The notes under the pieces: generated by a model
Told to the model about the DNA's origin: nothing
Seen by the model: only the letters and a program-made list of their open reading frames with translations
The model's database searches: none
Source of the DNA: a virus
Taxonomy: Duplodnaviria; Caudoviricetes
DNA length: 64,000 nucleotides
Direction: 5' to 3' (one strand)
Virus record (IMG/VR): IMGVR_UViG_3300046615_000177
Location: 32,001 to 96,000 of that record
Shown here: one piece after another, positions 9,727 to 19,665 of the stretch
How the letters are laid out: every line of letters starts with the position of its first letter
Position numbering within the stretch: the stretch's first letter is position 1
Position numbers and translations under genes: made by a program

Positions 9727-11019
9727 TTAAAGATTTGGATCAGGCGGCAGTCCTCGCTTGGCGCGCTCTTCCTGAATCAACTCAGAGGCGGACTTCAGCG
9801 TCGGTACGCCCTCCACCATCTTGTAGAACCGGGAGATGCGGTGCCAGCGGCAGCGACATAGCGGGTGCATTGGGATGCACGGACGGTATGTAGCCACTCT
9901 GCGGCCGAAGTTGGTCTTTCCCGGCCACACCATCTGTGCGTCGCTGGCCTCGGACTCTTCGGAAGGCGGCTCCCGCAGCACGGTGAACTGCTTGCCGATG
10001 ACCATCTCCTTGCAGTGCTTGCAGGCGTCCACGCTGCCCATCCCAATCACCTGCTCGCCATCCTCCAGCTCTGACAGGTAGGCATCGCTCGCTACCATTG
10101 CCAGCTCCGTGATAGCTACACGTCTCCAGTCCCTATTCTGCTCCCCGTACAGGTCGAATAGCTCCTGTTCGAGGCGCTTCGGAAGCCAGCGCTCCTTCTT
10201 GGCCCGGATGATTAACTGCTTGATTCCCGCCCGGTGCCTGTCGTCCACTTCCTGCACCTTGTCTGCTGCGCCGTGGGTGGCATGAGAAACGGCTGCGGCT
10301 TCACGGGGGGTAAGTGGGAGGATGGTAACCTTGTGTCCTTCTGAAGCCTTCTCACGGGCTTCTCGTTCTGTAAGGACGACGGACTCTCTCCGGGAGGCTT
10401 GGATGCTCTCCGGGAATCGGTCAACCATGGCCCCGATGGTGCTGATAACCTGCTTCTCGGACTCGTTGCGAATCTTGCCGATAAATCCCGCACGTACCAT
10501 GTAGGCCTCGACAGTTTTCGCATAGTCCGGTAGGCGGGACCGTAGCATTTTGTCGATCTTTGCCAGCTCCGCCTTCTTGAAGGGGTTGGTGTCCTGAATG
10601 TACTTGACGAAGGACTCCCGCCGCTCCTTGGAGACGGCCACAAGGTCCGATATGCGGCGCTTGGCGTTACCCATCCAGCCCTGCTTCGACTTTGTCAGGT
10701 CGTCTACATAGGTCTCATACTCTAAAGTGAATGCCTTCTCGGTGTCCAGATCGTCAACGTTTAGGCCCAGCGCAGCAAATATGTCGGCCATACGCTGAGC
10801 GCTGGCTTCCTGAAGCTCTTCGTATAATCCGTCCTCTGCCTGCCCCAGCAACTCGTCTCCGTTACGCTCCCACATGTTGTGCTCGTCGCCCCTGCCCGCT
10901 ATTACGTTCATAACCTTCGGAAGCTCCATGGCCTGACGGAGAGTAACCAGTATCTGCTCCCGCACTTCAGCGGGAGCTTGTTGGATGTCCTTCGGAAGCT
11001 GGATGTTTAGTTTGTTCAT
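9727..11019 (-). CDS. Head morphogenesis / minor capsid protein (SPP1 gp7 / Mu gpF-like)
   Basis: RRVAITE, ACKHC and PMHPLCRCRW motifs; downstream of the portal. Confidence 0.85.
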   Translation of the reverse strand: MNKLNIQLPKDIQQAPAEVREQILVTLRQAMELPKVMNVIAGRGDEHNMWERNGDELLGQAEDGLYEELQEASAQRMADIFAALGLNVDDLDTEKAFTLEYETYVDDLTKSKQGWMGNAKRRISDLVAVSKERRESFVKYIQDTNPFKKAELAKIDKMLRSRLPDYAKTVEAYMVRAGFIGKIRNESEKQVISTIGAMVDRFPESIQASRRESVVLTEREAREKASEGHKVTILPLTPREAAAVSHATHGAADKVQEVDDRHRAGIKQLIIRAKKERWLPKRLEQELFDLYGEQNRDWRRVAITELAMVASDAYLSELEDGEQVIGMGSVDACKHCKEMVIGKQFTVLREPPSEESEASDAQMVWPGKTNFGRRVATYRPCIPMHPLCRCRWHRISRFYKMVEGVPTLKSASELIQEERAKRGLPPDPNL

Positions 11020-11243
11020 AGCGCACCTGCTGGTTCACTTCGGAAGGTATAGCCATTTAGCGACAGGACGTATATAAATCCCGGTAGCTGAGCTGCGGGT
11101 ACTGTAAATACGATGTCGGTCGCTGCATCCTCTCCATCCAGCACGTCGTCGATCTCGATGGTGACGACATAGTACTCAGGATGTTCGAGGGCGATAACAG
11201 CTTCTGACTCTTGGCTAAATCGGTTGTAGCTCTCCATTCCCAT
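11016..11243 (-). CDS. Hypothetical protein
   Basis: RBS AAGGGAGG; ATGA overlap with the next gene. Confidence 0.65.
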   Translation of the reverse strand: MGMESYNRFSQESEAVIALEHPEYYVVTIEIDDVLDGEDAATDIVFTVPAAQLPGFIYVLSLNGYTFRSEPAGAL

Positions 11244-11262
11244 GTGTGAACCCTCCCTTGGT

Positions 11263-13194
11263 TTAGTAGTTATCCCAGCTAATCACGATGTTCAGCGTGG
11301 TGCCTTCTTCGTCTTCGGAAGCCAGCGACTTCTTCAGCGGGGCAGGCTTGCCCTTCTGCTTGACCTTTTCCAGTTCCATGTCATGCTTGTGCGCCAGCTT
11401 CATCTTCTCCAGCTCTTTCTCGTGCTGATCGTCCGGGTCCGGCTTGTCGTCGCCCTTGGACTTATCAGCCCCATCCTTCGCCTTGTCGCCGTCTGCCTTG
11501 GCTGACTTCTCTTGCATCTTGGCAGCGTTATCGGCCTTCAGCTTCTCCATCTTAAGCTGGTGCTCCTGATCGGCCTGCTTCTGTTCCATGGTCTGCTCGT
11601 GCTGCTTATCCAGCACTTCGAGTTGCTTGCCGTGCCCGTCATCCTGCATCTCCAGCGCTTTACCGTGCTGGTCGTCTGCGGAGGCCTGCTCTGCTTCTGG
11701 ATCGTCCGGGTCGGCATTCGGGTCTGTCTGCTGCCCCATCCCGCTCTCTGCCATGTACACCTGAATCAGCGTAGCGTTGGCCGGAGCATTTGCCCACTTC
11801 GGAAGCTCTCCGCCGTTCTGCTTTTTGATCTCGTCGATGTCCACGTCGTTCTCTGCCCACACCATGGCGACCGTCTTCACACCGGAGTTGATCTGCTTCT
11901 CTTGGCGCTCCATCTTCCGGTCCTCGTCGTCTTCGTCCAATCCCACCCAGTAGAAGGCGTACTGGTCGTCGATCTGATCGACAATCTCGGAATTGAAGGT
12001 ATCGGAGAGGAAGTTCATCAGTGGAATGAGGCCCTTGTCCTTGGACTTATCCATCTTCTCTTCGGTGTTGTCAGACTGGCTCATGCCCCCGCTCTTGCTC
12101 GTCCAGCTCTTGAATCCTACCTCGTTCGGGTCGATCTGATAGACCGCGCACGCGATGTTAAACAGGAACTCCAGAAACTCGTTAAACTGCATGTCTTGGT
12201 TGGACTGCTTCAGCGGTGTCCACTGGAACCCGGAGCCTTCCTTGGAGGCCATGATAGGCACAGCCCACTTTCCGGCAGCACCGCTTGTGAGCTGCTTCCA
12301 GTGGCGCTTGAACCCTTCGAGCGTCTTGTCATCATAGCTACCGACGAAGGACAGAACGCCCTGCGGCAGGTGGCTATGAGTGAAGTATGTCGTATTGTAG
12401 CGTACGCCGTTGACGATGCCGCTCACAATCTCCACCAATACCTCCAGCTCTGACATTCCGAAGTCCGTGGTCATGATGTCGGTGCGCGGGTTACGGATAG
12501 CGTAGGCCAACTCTTCCTCTGTGTACTCTGCCACAATCTGACCGCTGATACGCTGTACGTAAGCAATGTCCCCGGCTATCTTCTTGCCCCGGTTAGTCAT
12601 GGGGTCGTACACCACAGGCTCGAACGCATCCGATACAGGCGAGTTGCTAACTAGCTCAATGGTCGAGCCATCAAGCGCCCACATCTCCGCCAGATTGCCT
12701 CCAATGGTTGGCACGGTCTCAATGGTCACCACGTCGAGGGTCAGCGTGTCGTCCACGATCTTCCGAAGGAAGGTGTTAAAGTTGTCCTTGCGCTTGCGGT
12801 TCTTGGCGTAGCCTGTCTTCAGGAAGAACTCTTCAATCTCGTGGGCCTTCTTGGCCTGCGCCTCCGTCATCTTCTCTCTGGAGTCCTTCAGGCCGATCTT
12901 GAATCCGATGTCTCCGTCGAACCGTGGACGCCGTGCATGTCGGCTGACTTGGTTCTTCCGGGTCAGCAGGATTGCCGCAATCGCCGGGACCTTTGCCATC
13001 GCCCGCAGGGTTCCGAATGGTATGATTGACTGCTTCGACCGTGTACCACCTACACCGTAGCTGTTGGCTGGGTCGATGATGGCTGACTTTGGCTGTGCAG
13101 CTTGGCGCTCCTGCTCTTCCTTCTCTGCGGAGAGTGCCTTGTGAAGCTGCTGGCCGTATGGTGCTTTCTCCCACATCTCTAAAATGTTATCCAC
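11263..13194 (-). CDS. Portal protein with charged C-terminal extension
   Basis: DNFNTFLRKIVDDTLTLD, NPRTD...FGMSELE and DMQFNEFLEFL...IACAVYQIDPNEVG resemble SPO1/Twort-type portals. GTG start at 13194 after AAGGAGG. Confidence 0.9.
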   Translation of the reverse strand: MDNILEMWEKAPYGQQLHKALSAEKEEQERQAAQPKSAIIDPANSYGVGGTRSKQSIIPFGTLRAMAKVPAIAAILLTRKNQVSRHARRPRFDGDIGFKIGLKDSREKMTEAQAKKAHEIEEFFLKTGYAKNRKRKDNFNTFLRKIVDDTLTLDVVTIETVPTIGGNLAEMWALDGSTIELVSNSPVSDAFEPVVYDPMTNRGKKIAGDIAYVQRISGQIVAEYTEEELAYAIRNPRTDIMTTDFGMSELEVLVEIVSGIVNGVRYNTTYFTHSHLPQGVLSFVGSYDDKTLEGFKRHWKQLTSGAAGKWAVPIMASKEGSGFQWTPLKQSNQDMQFNEFLEFLFNIACAVYQIDPNEVGFKSWTSKSGGMSQSDNTEEKMDKSKDKGLIPLMNFLSDTFNSEIVDQIDDQYAFYWVGLDEDDEDRKMERQEKQINSGVKTVAMVWAENDVDIDEIKKQNGGELPKWANAPANATLIQVYMAESGMGQQTDPNADPDDPEAEQASADDQHGKALEMQDDGHGKQLEVLDKQHEQTMEQKQADQEHQLKMEKLKADNAAKMQEKSAKADGDKAKDGADKSKGDDKPDPDDQHEKELEKMKLAHKHDMELEKVKQKGKPAPLKKSLASEDEEGTTLNIVISWDNY

Positions 13195-13225
13195 TGTCCT
13201 GTCCTCCTTTTCTCCCCGTATCAAC

Positions 13226-13267
13226 AAAACAAGGGCTTCGGAAGCCCGTAGACTCCGAAGCCCCTGC
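13226..13267 (-). terminator. Terminator hairpin containing the CTTCNGAAG motif
   Basis: GGGGCTTCGGAGTC-TACG-GGCTTCCGAAGCCCT then TGTTTT. Confidence 0.65.
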
Positions 13268-13275
13268 TTCAGTGC

Positions 13276-13488
13276 TTAGTGATTTGCCCGACCGTGGATG
13301 TGTCCACAACTTGGGCAATGCTTTTCACCAGTCACGGAAGGCGCACGCTTCGTGCTAGTAATGCCTCTCGGCACCGCCAGCACTCCACAGGCTGCGCATT
13401 TCACCTTGGATGGAGACGTGTCTTCCGACTTGTCTGTCATCAGGCGAGTGGTTCCGTACTGATTACCGCCCTTGCTCGCTTGCGTCAT
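13276..13488 (-). CDS. Small zinc-ribbon protein
   Basis: CAAC...CPSC. Confidence 0.65.
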   Translation of the reverse strand: MTQASKGGNQYGTTRLMTDKSEDTSPSKVKCAACGVLAVPRGITSTKRAPSVTGEKHCPSCGHIHGRANH

Positions 13489-13535
13489 ATGAGCACCCCT
13501 TTCCGCTTATCGCGCCACTATCATACCAGCAACGG

Positions 13536-14066
13536 TCACACTTCGGAAGTGTTTTGTTTATGGGCTAAATTCCTTGCCATCACCTTACCACTACATACGC
13601 ATTTATCAGTGCGGTGCTTGCAGTAGTGAGAGGAGTTACACTCCGCCGCCCAGTAGGCATCGGACTCTGCTACTTCGGAGAAGCCCATCTTAGCCATGAT
13701 CATGTCGGAGGTCACTTCTCCCGGATACTCTAACGGGTGAACCCAGCATTCCACGAACACGGTCTCACCTACTAATCCCTCCAGTGTCAGTGCAGCGAGC
13801 CTGCTGCCTATGCCTCTACCTCGGAAGGCAGGGTGCAGGGCTATCACCTTCCAGTCTACGAGACCACTCCCGGCACGCACTGCGATGGAAACACCGACGA
13901 CTTCAGAACCATCGCCAACTACCCACGCCTGCACCGCTCTGCTAAGCATGCGCTCTGTGTCTTCCAGCGTGTGCGGGTAGCTAAAGTAAATGTGAGCCTT
14001 CAGCAGGGCGTTGATCCCCGCAACGTGGGATGCCGTGGCTGCACTAATGTACTCCATCGGAGGCAT
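13536..14066 (-). CDS. GNAT-family acetyltransferase
   Basis: IALHPAFRGRGIGSRL (motif A), KMGF. Confidence 0.8.
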   Translation of the reverse strand: MPPMEYISAATASHVAGINALLKAHIYFSYPHTLEDTERMLSRAVQAWVVGDGSEVVGVSIAVRAGSGLVDWKVIALHPAFRGRGIGSRLAALTLEGLVGETVFVECWVHPLEYPGEVTSDMIMAKMGFSEVAESDAYWAAECNSSHYCKHRTDKCVCSGKVMARNLAHKQNTSEV

Positions 14067-14454
14067 CTTCTTTCAGCACGTCCTCGGTATCGAACTTCGG
14101 AACCTTGTGAATTACGGCCTCCGCTTTCAGGAAGTAACACCACAGCGGCTGCACGGTCTCATACTCCGTAACGAAAGGCCTGCCGTAGTGGTGGGCGTTT
14201 ACAGGTATGCGCAGGATACCATCCTGCCGGAAGCGAGCCATCATGGTGGCGACGTTGGCAGCGCCCCACACGCCTCGGATGTTCTCTGGATTAAACGTCT
14301 CAAACTCCTTCATGCCATACACCACGAAGTATTGATCGTCGAAGAAGTCGGCCGGAGCAGTCACCATCTCGAAAGTCTCCACAGCCTTGCGGTTGTACTG
14401 GGCAATCTTCAGAAGGCCATCGCCTCCACCCGGAACGATGTGGTCACCACTCAT
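14044..14454 (-). CDS. Hypothetical protein
   Basis: ATGA overlap at 14451-14454. Confidence 0.6.
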   Translation of the reverse strand: MSGDHIVPGGGDGLLKIAQYNRKAVETFEMVTAPADFFDDQYFVVYGMKEFETFNPENIRGVWGAANVATMMARFRQDGILRIPVNAHHYGRPFVTEYETVQPLWCYFLKAEAVIHKVPKFDTEDVLKEDASDGVH

Positions 14455-14837
14455 GCTTCCACCTGCTCCCCGTTCAGGAGCTTTTCGAGCTTTCCACACA
14501 CTTGCGCAGCTCCGTGGGTCAGGCCCTGCACTGCGTAACGACGGAACGAGGTAGGATCGGAGCTGCGAGGGGCGTGTGCTCCCCTGCGGTCGCCTATGAG
14601 TTCACGCACACCGTCCATCTCTGGGCAAGTCACCGTCAGCATGTGGTCTGAGTGGTTGTCTCTTCCGAAGCCTTCCATCTGGGATATCTCATGTATTGCC
14701 CGGTCGAACTCTTTACGTACCCGGCCTACGTACTGGCTAACCGTCTCGTCTGCCACAGTCTCCTGCCAGTCCTCAAATACATGAGTTACTGCGTCCACTG
14801 CCTCTTCTCCGTGCGCCTTGACTGTAATTGTGGTCAT
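14451..14837 (-). CDS. Hypothetical protein
   Basis: RBS AAAGGAG. Confidence 0.65.
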   Translation of the reverse strand: MTTITVKAHGEEAVDAVTHVFEDWQETVADETVSQYVGRVRKEFDRAIHEISQMEGFGRDNHSDHMLTVTCPEMDGVRELIGDRRGAHAPRSSDPTSFRRYAVQGLTHGAAQVCGKLEKLLNGEQVEA

Positions 14838-14860
14838 GCATACCAGCTCCTTTGTGTTGG

Positions 14861-15598
14861 TTATTTTAGCTCGCCTAGCGTGATGCCGATCTTATCCGCC
14901 CACTGGGACACCTTGCCCCGGTAGTTGTTCGGAAGGTCGACGGTAGCTGTGAAGCTCTTCTTACTCATGTGCTTCTGGTAGACTTGGAAGGCTATTAGCC
15001 GTTCCGTGCCGTACCGTTCTACCTTGCCGTCGACTTGCTCACTGTGCCCGATGACTATGCCCCGGCTCCGGTCGTCGTGCAGGCGAGTCAGGATTAGCTG
15101 AAGGTCGACCGCGCTCCGGGCATTCTGGGCCTCGTCTATGATCAGGTAGGTGCGCTTGTTGCGCCCGCGCATGTAAGTATCCGTAACCATTTCGAGCGTG
15201 CCCTTGGCGCATAGCTCTGCTACCACTTCAGGCTGCAAGCCACACTCGGCCAGCGCCTCGTAGAATGGGGCCATCATAGGCCGTACCTTATCCTCCACGA
15301 ACCCCGGCAGGTAGCCAAGGTTGCCGCTGCGTGGGTCTGGGAATCGCATGTAGGTAATTTGGTCGACTTGACCACTACGAAGCATGTTTAGACCTTCCAT
15401 GACGGCGACCGTTGTCTTCCCGGTACCTGCGGGGGCGTCGACGAAGGTGACGATATGCTTGCGGATAGCCTCCACATACGTCCGCTGATAAACGTCGAGC
15501 TTCTTCCACAGCCTGTCTGTGTGCCCGGCGTTCATCAGGGCCGCTATCGCCTTGTCTTCCTTCGTGGTCTCAACTACGTGTAACTTGGGCTTCGACAT
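14861..15598 (-). CDS. phoH: PhoH-like ATPase
   Basis: APAGTGKT, LGYLPG, YMRGR, IIDEAQN, LTRL. Confidence 0.92.
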   Translation of the reverse strand: MSKPKLHVVETTKEDKAIAALMNAGHTDRLWKKLDVYQRTYVEAIRKHIVTFVDAPAGTGKTTVAVMEGLNMLRSGQVDQITYMRFPDPRSGNLGYLPGFVEDKVRPMMAPFYEALAECGLQPEVVAELCAKGTLEMVTDTYMRGRNKRTYLIIDEAQNARSAVDLQLILTRLHDDRSRGIVIGHSEQVDGKVERYGTERLIAFQVYQKHMSKKSFTATVDLPNNYRGKVSQWADKIGITLGELK

Positions 15599-15617
15599 GC
15601 TGAACCCTCCCAGTGAG

Positions 15618-15959
15618 TTATACTTCTTCCCCTTGCTCCGCTCTCAGGGCCTTGTCCACCGAATCCCGCAACGCTATGAGCTGTGCAGTGCTCAGCAGCT
15701 CCAGCGGAGCGGTATGTGGGATAACCAGTAACCCCAAGTGCGTACCCGCCTGCTTGTTCATTTCCTGCCATGCCCCTCGAAGGTTGTCCAGCTCCTGCAT
15801 GGTCATCTCTTGGTTGATGACGTACATACCTTGGCGGGCTAGAACCTGCGGCTGGATAGTGAAGGTGGTGCTTACCAGCTGCTCCGGCTGCGTAACGGTC
15901 GTGACGATAATCGGCGGCAGGTGATGCATGCTGTCTCCCCATTCTACTTCCTTGCCCAT
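15618..15959 (-). CDS. Hypothetical protein
   Basis: RBS AAAGGAG before the ATG at 15959. Confidence 0.6.
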   Translation of the reverse strand: MGKEVEWGDSMHHLPPIIVTTVTQPEQLVSTTFTIQPQVLARQGMYVINQEMTMQELDNLRGAWQEMNKQAGTHLGLLVIPHTAPLELLSTAQLIALRDSVDKALRAEQGEEV

Positions 15960-16113
15960 ATTTACCAGCTCCTTTGTCCGCATCATACAACGAAGCCCGC
16001 CTGCTGGGAATCCCCAGTTGACGAGCTTCGGAAGTACTACTGTGCTCCGCCTTGGATGTCCTGCTCTCTTGCCGCCTCCGCCTTATCCTTTACCCACGCC
16101 TACCTCCAACTCC

Positions 16114-17934
16114 TTAGTAAAAGAATTCTGACCCACCGTCGTCGATGACCTTCCGAAGGGCGATAGTCAGGTAGTTCATTGCATGGCCGAAGTGATCTCC
16201 GCCCGGTAGTGTGCCTACCCGCTGCTTGATGACTTCCTTCTTTGTTTTCTCGTCGGTCTCGATGTCCCGGACGAGCACGAGGTTGGTGACGTGCAGGATG
16301 AAGGTCTCAAAGAGTGGGTTCTGTGCTACCCACGCCGGGATGACAAACCGCCCATCACGGAACATCTTCGCCATGATCATGAGGGTCATGGTGCGGTCTA
16401 CGCTTACCTTAGCGTCATCCTCGTTCCATACGTCCTCAATGGTCTTGGTGATGTCCGTCGACAGCGACGGATAGAAGCAGCTGAACACCTTCCCGGGGAA
16501 GTCCTGCATCAGCTCCCAGTTACGGTCCTTCCCGTAACCAGCATCGAACACTCCACGCCGGGCATCCCACTGGCGCAGCTTCTCGCCTGTCTTGCGAATG
16601 TGGGGGTTATCCTTGCGGCCGTCATGCATCTCCGCCTCGTCCTCCTTGATGTCCCAGATGTCGAGGATGATGATCTTGTCCGGGTTGTCCGGGTGGCGCA
16701 TGCCGTTGGCTCCCCACGAGCGGTTACCCCAGTCGACGCCTTGGGCGACGTTGTCTCTTCGGAAGTCGTAGGGGCTTGTCATGCTATTGTCGATACACCG
16801 CATGATGTCTCCCCGGCTGACCATGACGTTGTCCCCTAGATAAGGGCGACCGATGACGTAGTTCTCGAAGAGCTGATCGAGGGCGTAGTCCTCTTTCTTC
16901 TTCATGAGCTGGGTAGCGCTTATCCACGGGCATATGAGCTGGCTGATCTGATAACCCCGGACACCCTTCCGGTAGTCGTACAGCGGACGCCAGAAGCCAC
17001 GGACACGGGTCTCGTCGCTCACAAACTGGTGACACTTGGTGCAGACATAGGCGAAGGTGTCGGTCTCCCGGATGAAGCTGTTCGACAGGTGCAGGCCGTG
17101 GTTAGCGTTACCGTAGGTATCGCGCCGCAGCTCCACCACACACTTCGGAAAGTCGTGGATAAGGGTCATCCAGTGATTACAGTGAGGGCACTTCATGAAC
17201 CAGTGCTGTTCATCGCTCTTGCTGAAGCTTGCGTTCACGCCTACACCCGGCAGCGATGGCGTGGAGATATCCCGCCGCCAGCCGTAGGCCGACGAAGACA
17301 GAGTTTCGTTAAACGCTATCATGACGTTAGGGTGCATGCGGTCGATCTCGTCAAACCGCACCACGTCAACGTCGATACCTTCCCCTGCTCGTGCGGTGTG
17401 GCCGGAGCGGAAGAATATCCAATGGTCTGCTCCCATCTTCCGAAGCCGGACATTGTCGACCGGGTCTTCCCCGGGCTTCTTCTTGCCTGTCACTGCATCG
17501 TACCCCATGCGGTCCCGCACATACGGGCTGTCCTTCATAACCGCATCGACACGAGTCTTCGAGAAGTCCGCTACTTGGTCGAAGGTTGGGAAGACATACG
17601 CCTGCTTGGTATAGGGGTGTGTGTCCCCGAACCATAGCAATTCCCGTACCTCGTTCTCGCTGGCTCCACACTGCCGGGACTTCTGCATGGCCTTATGTGG
17701 GTGCTGGTCGTCGAGCGGTTGCTGTAGGAACTGACGCTGCCCACGTAGGCCGATACGCCAATCATCGGATGGTATCTCTATCGCCTTCCGAAGGTCGAGC
17801 GAGCCATCCTCCCGGAGCTGTTCGAAGCGATAAGGCTTACCCCGGAGCTGGGTATGGTACTGAGACCATATGCTGGGACGCTTGTTGATCTGATACTGAA
17901 GGAGCTGGTCCTGTGTCAGTCCGTCGACAGCCAT
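16114..17934 (-). CDS. terL: Terminase large subunit
   Basis: KSRQCGASE Walker A variant, RFDEID, ISTP, CPHC/CTKC zinc finger, GVDWG and DHFGHA nuclease motifs. Confidence 0.93.
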   Translation of the reverse strand: MAVDGLTQDQLLQYQINKRPSIWSQYHTQLRGKPYRFEQLREDGSLDLRKAIEIPSDDWRIGLRGQRQFLQQPLDDQHPHKAMQKSRQCGASENEVRELLWFGDTHPYTKQAYVFPTFDQVADFSKTRVDAVMKDSPYVRDRMGYDAVTGKKKPGEDPVDNVRLRKMGADHWIFFRSGHTARAGEGIDVDVVRFDEIDRMHPNVMIAFNETLSSSAYGWRRDISTPSLPGVGVNASFSKSDEQHWFMKCPHCNHWMTLIHDFPKCVVELRRDTYGNANHGLHLSNSFIRETDTFAYVCTKCHQFVSDETRVRGFWRPLYDYRKGVRGYQISQLICPWISATQLMKKKEDYALDQLFENYVIGRPYLGDNVMVSRGDIMRCIDNSMTSPYDFRRDNVAQGVDWGNRSWGANGMRHPDNPDKIIILDIWDIKEDEAEMHDGRKDNPHIRKTGEKLRQWDARRGVFDAGYGKDRNWELMQDFPGKVFSCFYPSLSTDITKTIEDVWNEDDAKVSVDRTMTLMIMAKMFRDGRFVIPAWVAQNPLFETFILHVTNLVLVRDIETDEKTKKEVIKQRVGTLPGGDHFGHAMNYLTIALRKVIDDGGSEFFY

Positions 17935-18416
17935 GGCTTACACTCCCCTTCTGGAAGCTGGTAGACCGTCACTACTTGACGCCGCCACATAGCCCCATGT
18001 ATGTCCCTGATGTACTTTTCTAAGCTCCCCGCCTCCGCCTCGGTCATCTCACGAGGCTCACATAAACCATCCGGCAGCTTCACGCTACTGAATGGGCTTA
18101 CTTCCTCGTAGGGGCGCAGCGCTTCCTCGTAGGGGTTAGCTGCTCCGTTGTATGTGATCGTAGATAGTACCTGCTTCGGTAGCAGCGCCTCCTGTACTAC
18201 ACGGTCAGGCTCTGGCACCCTACTCCCATAGGGTATGCGTGATATCACTCTGTCTTCCCACCCCGGGAACAGCGCCTCCGATCTGCCTACTGCGCTGCTC
18301 TTAATGATCGTTACCTCTTGCACCGGACGCGGTATATTGCTACCGCCTGTCGGTGGCTTGCCTATTAGCCCTCTGTGTTCCGTCGGTTGCATAATTATTC
18401 CCCTCCCCATCATCAC
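17916..18416 (-). CDS. Hypothetical protein
   Basis: 166-aa ORF; start uncertain. Confidence 0.55.
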   Translation of the reverse strand: MMMGRGIIMQPTEHRGLIGKPPTGGSNIPRPVQEVTIIKSSAVGRSEALFPGWEDRVISRIPYGSRVPEPDRVVQEALLPKQVLSTITYNGAANPYEEALRPYEEVSPFSSVKLPDGLCEPREMTEAEAGSLEKYIRDIHGAMWRRQVVTVYQLPEGECKPWLSTD

Positions 18417-18452
18417 AAAAAGCTTCGGAAGCCTAGAGCGGCACCGAAGCTC
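18417..18452 (-). terminator. Terminator hairpin containing the CTTCNGAAG motif
   Basis: GAGCTTCGGTGCC...GGCTTCCGAAGCT-TTTT. Confidence 0.6.
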
Positions 18453-18458
18453 GTATAT

Positions 18459-18719
18459 TTACACCAGCGCTGACCGCTGTATCAGGCTGGGCTTGATCTT
18501 ATCCCATTCCCGTTGCATGTCCTGCTCGCTCAGCAGGTCCAGCACCATAACGATGGCGTACCCTGCATGCAGCTTCTTGCAAGCATCCACCTCTGTATAC
18601 GCCTTGGACACAAGCACTACCTGCGTACCATCATGACGCACACACTTGCCGAAGAACTTCGTCGGCTTCTGCTTGACCACCTTCGGAAGTACACTTACCC
18701 CATTGTTTCCCACGCTCAA
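18459..18719 (-). CDS. Hypothetical protein
   Basis: 86-aa ORF between terS and terL. Confidence 0.6.
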   Translation of the reverse strand: MSVGNNGVSVLPKVVKQKPTKFFGKCVRHDGTQVVLVSKAYTEVDACKKLHAGYAIVMVLDLLSEQDMQREWDKIKPSLIQRSALV

Positions 18720-18759
18720 CCGCCTACCCCTCTCGATTTTGCAGGTATGTCAGGTACCC

Positions 18760-19539
18760 CTACCCGACATCCTTAGTCCCCGTCAGGTTACGAATGATAT
18801 CGTTCCCCATGGCGTCGAATTCGGCCTCCAGTGCCTTGCGCTCTTCCTCCGTCTTGGACTTCAGAAGCTCGGACACATCTAAGCTTGCCGTAGTTACAGT
18901 ACCGCTAAGGTTCGTGTTCTGCTCGACATGCTGCTGCTCGACGAACTCGCCTTTCTCTTGGGCGAGCTGCTTCATCCCGGCCAGTACTCCTGTAATCAGG
19001 GAGCCGATAGACTTGTCAGTGATTGGTATCAGATCAGCGTTATCCACGATCTTCTCGAAGAGCTTACGAGTCAAGCGGGACAGCCCTGCAATACGCTCGC
19101 GCTGGCTGGCGAAGCCAGTCTCTAACACGAGGGCGTCTATGTGCTCCCGGAACTCCGGGTGCTGAAGCCAAGCGTAGATAATGTGCCTGCTGGCAATGCC
19201 TACGTCCGGGTCCTCTACTACCTGTGACACGGGAAAGCCCAGTGCGATAAGCTCTGCCGCCTTCATCCGGCGCTCATTCCACGTCCACACCTTCGGGATG
19301 TTAGGAGCGTAGCTGGCGGGCACGGTGATCTTATACTTCTTCCCCTTGGAGCTGGCAACCTCTAGCGTGATGTACTCCTGAGCTTTCCGATGCAGAAACT
19401 CCGGCGTCGCCACTTCGGGTAGTTCCTCCGTCGGTGGCGGCTCAGGTAATGCGGTTGTTCGTGCGAATTTTAGGTTCTCTGTGCCGGGCACCTGTACTGG
19501 CTTGACGGCCTTCTTGATCTGGCTCGTGATGCGGGTCAT
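18760..19539 (-). CDS. Putative terminase small subunit (HTH + helical region)
   Basis: WNERRMKAAELIALG...VGIASRHIIYAWLQHPEF HTH; upstream of terL; RBS AGAGGTGA. Confidence 0.7.
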   Translation of the reverse strand: MTRITSQIKKAVKPVQVPGTENLKFARTTALPEPPPTEELPEVATPEFLHRKAQEYITLEVASSKGKKYKITVPASYAPNIPKVWTWNERRMKAAELIALGFPVSQVVEDPDVGIASRHIIYAWLQHPEFREHIDALVLETGFASQRERIAGLSRLTRKLFEKIVDNADLIPITDKSIGSLITGVLAGMKQLAQEKGEFVEQQHVEQNTNLSGTVTTASLDVSELLKSKTEEERKALEAEFDAMGNDIIRNLTGTKDVG

Positions 19540-19573
19540 GCGCTCACCTCTTTTCGGCCTCTATAGGGCCAAC

Positions 19574-19665
19574 TTGTGCATGGTTGTCCATTGTTGTCTA
19601 TACTTGTAACTACAGTATAGCTTAGTCCCACTAGATTCGACAAGAAATATCTTCATATTTCGACA
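19574..19665. promoter_or_regulatory. 10-bp-period TTGT array plus two Spo0A boxes upstream of terS
   Basis: TTGT at 19574, 19584, 19594 and 19604; TTCGACA at 19636 and 19659. Confidence 0.55.
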
